A stretch of DNA of 10,822 nt, taken from NCBI RefSeq assembly GCF_006345805.1, contig NW_021827271.1:1-10822 (forward strand), in the 5' to 3' direction. Both the position numbers and the translations under genes were made by a program. The notes under the pieces were generated by a model. That model made no database searches, had not been told where the DNA came from, and saw only the letters and a list, made by a program, of their open reading frames with translations. Numbering within the stretch: position 1 is the stretch's first letter; each line of letters opens with the position of its first letter. This DNA is from Octopus sinensis (lineage: Eukaryota). This document shows, piece by piece, positions 1-8,722 of this stretch.

Positions 1-100
1 TATATATATATATATAATATATATACATATTTCGTCTCCTGATCTGTGTATCTGTCTGTGTATCTGTCTGTCTGTCTGTCTGCCTGTCTGTTCTGTCTGC
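1..100. repeat. (TA)n followed by (TCTG)n microsatellites
   Basis: TA run at 1-30 and tctg/tctgtg repeats at ~43-99. Confidence 0.9.
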
Positions 101-368
101 GTATTTGCTTTCGTGTGAAGGCAGCTGATGACCGGTGACATGAGCGCCGAATACCGACTGGAAATCGCGAAAGAAGTACCTATCCTCCATGTTCCGCGAA
201 TCCCTCCTTGGCCACTCCGCATAGAATGTTTCTTTCCTGTTTGCATAGAATCTATAAAATATATTCCTCTACTTCAACGGCATTGAGATCTACTTCCATT
301 TGTTGTTACACACGTCATTAATCGTTATACATACATATTCTCTGCCTGTCTGTCTGTCTCCCGCAGAC

Positions 369-370
<2 letters not shown>

Positions 371-400
<30 letters not shown>

Positions 401-426
401 ACACACACACACACACCACACACACA
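371..426. repeat. (CA)n microsatellite
   Basis: Directly visible; source of the His-Thr and Cys-Val ORFs at 290-506. Confidence 0.95.
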
Positions 427-911
427 GAGAAAAGCATACGTGCGAACCGATTGTAGACGTCTTAGAATACGAAAACCGCTTGTTAACCATTTTTCCTGAT
501 CGCTGAAAGGTGTCCAGCAGTGAAAAAAGTTAAGATGTCAATTCTCGGCGCTGAAACGTATGGCTGCGCCAAGCCGTGCAAGCAATTGTTAAATGGAAGT
601 TTACACACTGCGTTCGCTGTATCAAATTTCCTGTTTGAATATTAAATTCGGATCACGGATAAATTCTATTGACTGCAATGAACACATGGAGATGCATATA
701 TTCATACGCACATATACACACTTATCTACAGAGGCGCAAGCGTGGCTGTGTGCTAAGTAGCTTGCTTACCAACCACATGGTTCCGGGTTCAGTCCCACTG
801 TGTGACACCTTGGGCAAGTGTCTTCTACTATAGCCTCGGGCCGACCAAAGCCTTGTGAGTGGATTTAGTTGACGGAAACTGAAAGAAGCCCGTCGTATGT
901 ATATATATATA

Positions 912-1141
912 TTTCTTTACTACCCACAACGGGTTAAACATAGAGGGGACAAACAAGGACAGACAAAGGGATTAAGTCGATTACATTGGCCCCAGTGCGC
1001 AACTGGTACTTAATTTATCGACCCCGAAAGGATGAAAGGCAAAGTCGACCTCGGCGGAATTTGAACTCGGAACGTAACGACAGACGAAATACTGCTACGA
1101 ATTTCGCCCGGCGTGCTAACGTTTCTACCAGCTCGCCGCCT
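912..1141 (-). mobile_element. tRNA-derived SINE family B, apparently full length, nested in SINE A
   Basis: Minus strand reads ggcggcgagctggtagaaacgttagc...gagttcaaattccgccgaggtcgactttgcctttcatcctttcggggtcgataaattaagtacc. It has a B-box (gagttcaaattcc), and the body is shared with 1791-1956 and 2196-2360. Confidence 0.88.
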
Positions 1142-1180
1142 TTATATATACACACACACACACATATATATATATACACA

Positions 1181-1247
<67 letters not shown>

Positions 1248-1255
1248 GTATAATA

Positions 1256-1298
<43 letters not shown>

Positions 1299-1348
1299 TA
1301 TCTAATATATATATATACATAGTATATATACATATATATAATATATAT

Positions 1349-1418
<70 letters not shown>

Positions 1419-1420
1419 TG
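1142..1420. repeat. Expanded (CA)n/(TA)n/(TG)n compound microsatellite inside SINE A
   Basis: Directly visible; the equivalent tract in the 7143-7534 copy is only ~35 bp. Confidence 0.95.
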
Positions 1421-1790
1421 TGTGTTGTGGTATTGTCCCTCCCCACCATCGCTTGACAACCAATGTTGGTGTGTTTACGTCCCTGTAACTTAACGGTTCG
1501 GCAAAAGAGACCGATAGAATAAGTACTAGGCTTTCAAAGAATAAGTCCTGGGGTCGATTTGTTCGACTAAAAGGCGATGCTTCAGCATGGCCTCAGTCAC
1601 ATGACTGAAACGAATAAAAGAACAAAAATGAATAAAAGAATATAAGCAGGTATCAATGTATTCCACCCCTATGGTCACGTCAGCCCCCACCCCACAATAT
1701 TTTAGGTTGTCATCGTAAACTACAGGGTGGGCCAGATTCCATGACTCACTTGTTAGTTAATTAATATATTAATATATTAATATTTATTAA

Positions 1791-1956
1791 TTCGTCACCT
1801 GTCTTTACTTTCTGAGTTCAAATTCCGCCGAGGTCGACTTTGTCTTTCATCCTTTCGGGGACGATAAATTAAGTACCAATTACGGACTGGAGTGGATCTA
1901 ATCGACTGGCCCCCTTCCCCCAAAATTTCGGGCCTTGTGCTTAGAGTAGAAAATAA
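1791..1956 (+). mobile_element. SINE family B, 5'-truncated copy 1
   Basis: gagttcaaattccgccgaggtcgactttgtctttcatcctttcgggg body as in 912-1141, but with a different 3' tail (cgggccttgtgcttagagtagaaaa). Confidence 0.85.
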
Positions 1957-1963
1957 TATTTAT

Positions 1964-2183
1964 TACATTATTTACCTTATTTACAATTGACGGATATTTG
2001 TCCTCATCTTGTTTGTTCGAACCTAGGAATGAGAACCTAGGTTCGAAATTTCTCCAAGACACCTGACGAAGGCTGGAGGGTATATCAGCAGAAACGTTGT
2101 GTTAACAACGAACAAGATGAGGACAAATATCCGTCAAACGTAAATAATGTACATAATTCCTCGTCTCTTAAATATAGAACTGT
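1964..2183 (+). mobile_element. Fold-back Penelope-like pseudo-LTR fragment containing a hammerhead motif
   Basis: Inverted arms 1987-2017 and 2107-2137 match at 30/31 and enclose a hammerhead core. An inverted truncated terminal repeat plus a minimal hammerhead is the known architecture of Penelope-like element ends. Confidence 0.7.
2058..2103 (+). ncRNA. Minimal type I hammerhead ribozyme motif (HHR-1)
   Basis: Stem I gacac/gtgtt; core CTGACGA (2063-2069) plus an extra A; stem II ggctg/cagca with a G-A mismatch at the base; GAAA (2091-2094); palindromic ACGT stem III; predicted GUU cleavage after 2098. Confidence 0.75.
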
Positions 2184-2195
2184 AATATATATTAA

Positions 2196-2360
2196 TTCGT
2201 CGCCTGTCTTTACGTTCTGAGTTCAAATTCCGCTGAGGTCGACTTTGTCTTTCATCCTTTCTGGATCGATAAATTAAGTATCAGTTGTGTACTGGGGTCG
2301 ATCTAATTGACTGGCACCCTTCCCAAAAATATCGGGCCTTGTGCCTAGAGTAGAAAAGAA
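2196..2360 (+). mobile_element. SINE family B, 5'-truncated copy 2
   Basis: Colinear with 1791-1956, with the same truncation point (attaattcgtc) and the same tail; roughly 20 differences by eye. Confidence 0.85.
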
Positions 2361-2408
2361 CATTTATTAATACACATGTTGAGAAATAAAATAATCAATT
2401 TAAACAAT

Positions 2409-2800
2409 GGATGGAAGCACTCCGTCGGTTACGACGATGAGGGTTCCGGTTGATCCGAATCAACGGAACAGCCTGCTCGTGAAATTAACGTGTAAGTGGC
2501 TGAGCACTCCACAGACACGTGTACCCTTAACGTAGTCCTCAGGGGAGATTCAGTGTGACACAGAGAGTGACAAGGCCGGCCCTTTGAAATACAGGTACAA
2601 CAGAAACAGGAAGTAAGAGTGAGAGAAAGTTGTGGTGAAAGAGTACAGCAGGGATCACCACCATCCCCTGCCGGTGCCTCGTGGAGCTTTTTTAGGTGTT
2701 TTCGCTCAATAAACACTCACAACGCCCAGTCTGGGAATCGAAACCGCGATCCTATGACCGCGAGTCCGCTGCCCTAACCACTGGGCTATTGCGCCTCCAC
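2409..2800 (-). mobile_element. tRNA-derived SINE family C, full length, 13-bp TSD
   Basis: Minus-strand head gtggaggcgcaatagcccagtggttaggg...ggtttcgattccc (A and B boxes). TSD caatttaaacaat at 2396-2408 and 2801-2813. Near-identical copy at 3314-3698. Confidence 0.93.
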
Positions 2801-3313
2801 CAATTTAAACAATACACTACCAATAAAATGTGCTCCTTAAGAACTATGAGTTAATGAGTGCGTCATGAGTTCTGGCCTACCTTGTATACCTATTGGAGCC
2901 GTTCTTTGATGTATTGTATTTACCTTACTTGTCTGTCTCCGATAACCTCAGCAATTCAATCTCTTACGTAAACTACTTTTCTATCTCCCTTCTTTGACAG
3001 TTCTGGCTCTTCTCCTTCGTTCCTTCCACTTTAGATTCTCACCTTCTCACATCAGTCTTCCTGGCGAATTAACCAACCACCAAATCAACCCCGCAATTTC
3101 TGTTAAACTCAATTTGTTTTTCATCCTAAAAAAACTGGGTCAGACGTAACAAGACGTTTATATTTTAAAACCACCCGTCCTTTGTAAGATTCTATTCACG
3201 AATTTTTCACGTCGGAAACCAGTTTCCAGGCTTCACTTAATTGTAATATTAAATTAATGAAGGTATTTTAATGAAACAATAACTTAATGCCGAATTCGGA
3301 ATCCTATATGTAG

Positions 3314-3698
3314 TGGAAGCACTCCGTCGGTTACGACGACGAGGGTTCCGGTTGATCCGATCAACGGAACAGCCTGCTCGTGAAATTAACGTGTAAGTGG
3401 CTGAGCACTCCACAGACACGTGTACCCTTAACGTAGTTCTCGGGGATATTCAGCGTGACACAGAGAGTGACAAGGTCGGCCCTTTGAAGTACAGGTACAA
3501 CAGAAACAGGAAGTAAGAGTGAGAGAAGTTGTGTGGTGAAAGAGTACAGCAGGATCACCACCATCCCCTGCCGGAAGCCTCGTGGAGCTTTAGGTGTTTT
3601 CGCTCAATAAACACTCACAACGCCCGGTCTGGGAATCGAAACCGCGATCCTATGACCGCGAGTCCGCTGCCCTAACCACTGGGCCATTGCGCCTGCAC
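3314..3698 (-). mobile_element. tRNA-derived SINE family C, full length, 11-bp TSD
   Basis: Aligns end to end with 2412-2800. TSD cctatatgtag at 3303-3313 and 3699-3709. Confidence 0.93.
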
Positions 3699-3829
3699 CC
3701 TATATGTAGAACCCGTGGTTAACATTATTATGGTTCGCTACTGAACCGACTGCCAAAAATATATACACAGATAAAAACATGGAGGCCTAAAAGTCTGGAT
3801 TCGCAGATAAATTTATTTAAATGTCCAAA

Positions 3830-4190
3830 TTTTCAACCAATCCCGGTGATCTGACAATTTCTGACAATTTCTGACTCCGTTGAAATATCTGACCTTTGAC
3901 CCCATGCAGCGTATTTCTGCAGAAGTTATCACGAGTGAATAAGACTTCCTCCTTGAGGGCATCGATATTTCTTAGTCGATTCACGCAGACAACTGACCCC
4001 AGATGACCCTCAACGCAGAAAGAAAGAAAAAAAGAAGACATTTCGAGGTGTCAGTGTTGTTGCAGACCTGGATGGCCATCCAACTTGACTTTGTCTCCCG
4101 AAAGACAATCCTGGAAATGTGTCACTTCAAAGACACCCCAAATACCAAAATGTGGTGAGCACAGTTTGGTTGGCACCGTCTTTGGCATCG
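3830..4190 (-). pseudogene. Decayed Tc1/mariner-superfamily transposase, C-terminal catalytic fragment
   Basis: Across frameshifts the minus strand gives DGA (4172-4180), FPGLSFGRQSQVGWPSRS (WPSRS at 4064-4078) and GHLGSVVCVNRLRNIDALKEE. This matches the QQDGA..H / FPGRWIGR..WPPRSPDLTPxDFFLWGYLKSxVYxNxPxTIxxLK pattern of these transposases. Confidence 0.72.
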
Positions 4191-4292
4191 CGACGAAGAA
4201 AATAAAAGTTTACATTCTTCTGTAAAAAATATGGAAGTATTAATTTTTTGATCAAATATCTTTCTCCAAACTATAATTCTGAGATCAGACGT

Positions 4293-4510
4293 ATGTGTGT
4301 GTGTGTGTGTGTGTGTGCACGTGCGCGCATGTATGAGTGTGTGCTTGCGTGTGTATGTATGTATATATGCATGTATGTATATTTATATGCATATATGTAT
4401 GCGTAGCCATGTATATATAAATACGTATGCATACAGTATATATGCATTACATACACACACGCACGTATGGTGTGTGTGTGTGTGTGTGCGTGTATATTTG
4501 TTTGCTTTAT

Positions 4511-4544
<34 letters not shown>
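4293..4544. repeat. Degenerate (TG)/(TATG)/(TA) microsatellite tract
   Basis: Directly visible. Confidence 0.9.
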
Positions 4545-4545
<1 letters not shown>

Positions 4546-4625
4546 TGGGTTGGGTGCATAATAATTGCGGCTTTTTTCAACAAATTTATTCAACAAAAGC
4601 AATAATTACGTTTCTGTAACTGAAC
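4545..4625. mobile_element. Solo mariner terminal inverted repeat with short internal sequence
   Basis: TA + ttgggttgggtgcataataattgcggctttttt closely resembles the Hsmar1/MADE1-type TIR TTAGGTTGGTGCAAAAGTAATTGCGGTTTT. No partner end was found in the window; the right boundary is approximate. Confidence 0.7.
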
Positions 4626-4632
4626 AGTTCGG

Positions 4633-4682
4633 CATACATACATACATACATACATACATACATACATACATGCATACATATA
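4633..4682. repeat. (CATA)n microsatellite
   Basis: Directly visible. Confidence 0.95.
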
Positions 4683-4900
4683 TATAATATGTGACAATTA
4701 GTTAGTTGTCATAATAAAACTTTAAGAGTTTCGGATGCCGGGGCGGAAGTCTGCTCCAGCTTCTCATCAGTTATTAAGACAGCCCCGGCATCCGAAACTG
4801 AGTTTTATTATGACAACCAACTAATGTCACATATTATATTTATACATAAATCCCTCTATTTACATAATATCCAGGTCTCATTCATTCCTTTGTTGTCATA
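4683..4900. mobile_element. Second fold-back Penelope-like pseudo-LTR fragment with a hammerhead motif
   Basis: Arm tataatatgtgacaattagttagttgtcataataaaact (4683-4721) pairs with agttttattatgacaaccaactaatgtcacatattata (4801-4838). agtttcggatgccggggc (4727-4744) pairs with gccccggcatccgaaact (4782-4799). The right boundary is approximate. Confidence 0.7.
4713..4775 (-). ncRNA. Type I hammerhead ribozyme motif (HHR-2)
   Basis: Minus strand: AAUAA-CUGAUGA (4770-4764), imperfect stem II (gaagcuggagc...gccccggcaucc), GAAA (4732-4729), CU-cuuaa-AG-UU, then UUAUU. Stem I is a perfect 5 bp; the triplet is GUU. Confidence 0.72.
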
Positions 4901-4912
4901 TTATTATTATGA

Positions 4913-4968
<56 letters not shown>

Positions 4969-5009
4969 TCATTATTATTAGATTATCATCACATCATTGT
5001 TTTATTATA

Positions 5010-5059
<50 letters not shown>

Positions 5060-5060
5060 T
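4900..5060. repeat. (ATT)n microsatellite
   Basis: Directly visible. Confidence 0.95.
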
Positions 5061-5613
5061 GAGTGAGAGAGCAGTTCATGCCATCAAAGTGACACTGGGT
5101 AAAATATACGAAGCCCAATATCCCATCATGACTACCCGTCTGATAAAGGTACACCAGGCACATGCATCACAACAATATGTGCGCGACATGGTGATCTCAT
5201 ATCAAGATAAACAGCACATGACCTTGCAGGTGGGGCCCAGTTAGAATTTTCTTCAGGTTGAGTAGCCCATCCTGCTCCAAAAGGTCCTTGAATAAGGGTT
5301 GCTTTAGGATGTTGAACGAAACACCTATGTTTCCAGAGGTGAACCATTCAAACTCCAAAGAATCCCTCTCAACACATGGCCATGATGCTCCCCACTACTT
5401 CTGCTCGTGATCAGAGATGCACGTATTGTCAGCCACTAAGGGACATGCTCAACTGGTTAAGGTCAAACAACTGACAAGCAAATCTGTGGTATTGAGCAGA
5501 ATATTTGCTGTAGCCCATCTTTTATACCAAGACAAAACAATGTACATGATAACACTTCCAATCAGTTAAGATCAGAAGCCATGAGAGCCACTGCCTGGTA
5601 CTGCATCAGGGCA
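5059..5613 (-). mobile_element. ~550 bp non-coding interspersed element embedded in (ATT)n; probable non-autonomous retroposon
   Basis: Complex sequence with sharp boundaries, flanked on both sides by ATT repeats; no ORF or clear pol III boxes. I recall it as an abundant octopus repeat. The strand is a guess from the (TAA)n tail orientation. Confidence 0.6.
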
Positions 5614-6598
<985 letters not shown>

Positions 6599-7084
6599 AT
6601 ATGGGATGTTAAAAATGTTGACCGTTTTTTTTTCTTTCTGAGTGTTGTAATACTTCTATTCATCAACAAAAACAGGTCTGAAACAGCTGTAGTGAATCAG
6701 AATCCATCTGTTGTTATTTGTTTATCATTCGCCTTCCTTCCAACTAGTTGCATGTTCAGTCGGCCATTTGTGATCGTACACTCAACCGGGGTATATAAAC
6801 CCATGTTTACTTCAGAAAGTAGGTATATGTCTTCAAATATTGTTTCTACACGACAGCGATGTCACCGACCTGACCACGGTGCTTTGCTGTTTAAGTACTT
6901 GATTCGCTTGAATCCTGAAATCTAAGTTTATAAATAGATCTTCAATCTTTTCTCTTTTCAAAAAAAAAAAAAAACCGATTTTCCCAGCGTTCACTATTTT
7001 CCTCTCGTCTATTTCATACCTGAACTGTTATAATTAATATAATCTAATTTGTTATATAATCTAATTTATTTATCTGCATAACTG

Positions 7085-7093
7085 CCTCTCCCC

Positions 7094-7124
<31 letters not shown>

Positions 7125-7140
7125 CACACACATACACATA
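7085..7140. repeat. (CT)n(CA)n microsatellite
   Basis: Directly visible. Confidence 0.9.
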
Positions 7141-7142
7141 AT

Positions 7143-7534
7143 CATCTTTATCCTTCTCTGGTTTCAGTCATGTGACTGCGGCCATGCTGGAGCACCGCCT
7201 TTAATCGGACAAACCGATCCCAGGATTTATATTTTAAGCTTCTATCGATTTCTTTCGCTGAACCGCTATATTTTGAGGATGTAAACAAACCAACACCGAT
7301 GGCCAAGTCGTAGTGAAGGACAGCTACAAATTCAAACACACACACACACACATACACACACACACATATCCGATAGACTTCTTCCAGTTTCCGTCTGCCA
7401 GATCCACTCACAAGGCTTTGATTGGCCCGAGGCTATAGTAGGAGACACTTGCCCGAGGTGCCACGCTTTGGGATTGAACCCGGTACCATGTGGTTGCGAA
7501 TCAAACTTCTTCCCGCGCAGCCACGCATGCGCCT
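7143..7534 (-). mobile_element. SINE family A, uninterrupted diverged copy
   Basis: Reverse complement aligns with 732-898 plus 1401-1641 (e.g. cagtttccgtc..ccactcacaaggcttt..gcccgaggctatagtag; tttcagtcatgtgactg.ggccatgctg), with an internal (CA)n at ~7337-7367. Confidence 0.9.
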
Positions 7535-7679
7535 ATGAGTAAACAAAAGAGGAGACAAATCACACATCGACAGTAAGGATAACGAAATGGGGTGGTTGTG
7601 GGGGAATGTAAACCTGGGGGGGGGGGATGGAATTCATGGTCGTAGTGGTGGAAGACTAAAGGGGAAAGGACGAGTGAGG

Positions 7680-7755
7680 GTTGTTATTTAGCCCTGGGTC
7701 AAACCTGATTGAGAAGCTCTATGTGATCAAAGGCGTTTTAGCCGTGACTATCTCA
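7680..7755 (-). mobile_element. Probable short 3' remnant of a retroposon
   Basis: Minus strand ...cctttgatcacatagagcttctcaatcaggtttgacccagggctaaataacaa resembles, from memory, a cephalopod SINE/LINE tail ending in (AAC)n. There is no second copy here to confirm it. Confidence 0.4.
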
Positions 7756-8046
7756 TCTGCATCTGTAGGATTATAGTACCCGATTTCGTCTTCGGTTGCC
7801 TTTTATAGCATGTTGATCGGGCGCGTACAGGCTCTCCTGTAGTCCTGTGGTTGTACAAGCCCCTAGATTTGCTCCCTGTCCTGTGGTTGTAGCATAATGG
7901 TGGGTGAGAATCGGTTAATTGTTTGGCTAATGGGACTTTACGTGCCTCCAATCTTTCGCACCACAAACATCGCTGTTCCGAACCGGTGCCCGTCACGGTG
8001 GCGTTCCTATAACCCCAAACAACACATTACTGCAACTTGCATCTGC

Positions 8047-8047
8047 G

Positions 8048-8094
<47 letters not shown>

Positions 8095-8325
8095 GTCACG
8101 GCGGCTGATGTGTTAACATCAACCACAACCGGGTCTTTTACCACCACCACCACCACAAGCACCACCACCACTACCACCACCACCACCACCACCATCACCA
8201 CCACCACCACCACCACCACCACCACCAACACCAACACCACCACCACCACCAACACCACCAACACCAACACCACCACCAACACCCCCCCACCACCACCACC
8301 ATATCACCCACAGCCACCACCACCG
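8047..8325. repeat. (TAC)n then (CAC/CAA)n trinucleotide repeats
   Basis: TAC run at ~8047-8088 and ACC-rich run at ~8120-8325; explains the poly-Tyr/Thr/Pro/Val/Gly ORFs. Confidence 0.93.
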
Positions 8326-8494
8326 TCGCCGCCGCACTTCCCTTCCCCTCCGTTGCGGTGCCACGCCTACAATCAGTGTTGAACTGTGACGACATAAAGT
8401 TTAGCCCGCCATAAATAGGAGTGACGTGATGTGACAGGGGAATCTAACTGCGGGGGTGTGTATATGCGTGTGTATATATATATGCGACAGTGTG

Positions 8495-8688
8495 TGTACC
8501 GTTGTACTTTTTCCTCCGTCTTCCCTTCCTTGGATCTTTCCTTTTCCTATATTTATGACGAAGAGCTCCGCTGGAAACGTTTAATCCTCCTTCTTTCTTT
8601 CCAATACTGAGCGTCCAATAACACTATACTTGTTCCACGTCCTCGCGCTGTTGTGTTTTGTTTTTGTGTTTTCATGTTTGAATTAACT
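8495..8688 (+). mobile_element. Penelope-like pseudo-LTR fragment with a degenerate hammerhead, between microsatellites
   Basis: Pyrimidine-rich ~190 bp island between (TG/TA) tracts, containing tgacgaagagctccgctggaaacgtt. Confidence 0.55.
8551..8585 (+). ncRNA. Degenerate minimal hammerhead motif (HHR-3)
   Basis: attt-aTGACGA-a-gagc-tcc-gctg-GAAA-CG-TT-taat. Same layout as HHR-1, but with the core C3 replaced by A, a mismatch at the base of stem II and one stem I mismatch. Confidence 0.55.
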
Positions 8689-8722
8689 ATATATATATGC
8701 GTATATATATATATATATATAT
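8688..8722. repeat. (TA)n microsatellite
   Basis: Directly visible. Confidence 0.9.

Larger units (their letters stand above)
732..1641 (+). mobile_element. tRNA-derived SINE family A, interrupted in its internal microsatellite by a family B SINE
   Basis: Head aggcgcaagcgtggctgtgtg with A-box-like tggctgtgtgc (743-753) and B-box-like ggttcagtccc (786-796). The 5' half ends at gcccgtcgtat (~898). The 3' half (~1401-1641) ends in repeated aataaaag. Both halves align colinearly with the uninterrupted minus-strand copy at 7143-7534. Confidence 0.9.
1723..2884. mobile_element. Non-autonomous Tc1/mariner-type element (MITE) carrying nested insertions
   Basis: Left end cagggtgggccagattccatgactcact (1723-1750) matches the reverse complement of 2857-2884 (caaggtaggccagaactcatgacgcact) at 22/28. 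Both ends are flanked by TA (1721-1722, 2885-2886). Confidence 0.75.

Noticed and set aside
108-175. Possible fifth hammerhead (ctgatga at 125-131, cggt/actg, gaaa)
   Set aside because: No valid UH triplet and no stem I in either the type I or type III topology.
986-1459. ORFs of 105-144 aa
   Set aside because: They span SINE B and dinucleotide repeats.
2720-2800. tRNA gene-like sequence (also 3620-3698, 732-800, 7460-7534)
   Set aside because: These are SINE heads with A/B boxes continuing into repeat bodies; no complete cloverleaf.
3850-3876. 10-bp tandem repeat tctgacaatt
   Set aside because: A small local slippage duplication within the transposase fossil.
7897-8395. Thr/Pro-rich mucin-like ORF and antisense poly-Val/Gly/Trp ORFs
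   Set aside because: Produced by TAC and CAC triplet repeats, with single-codon runs and no supported gene structure.
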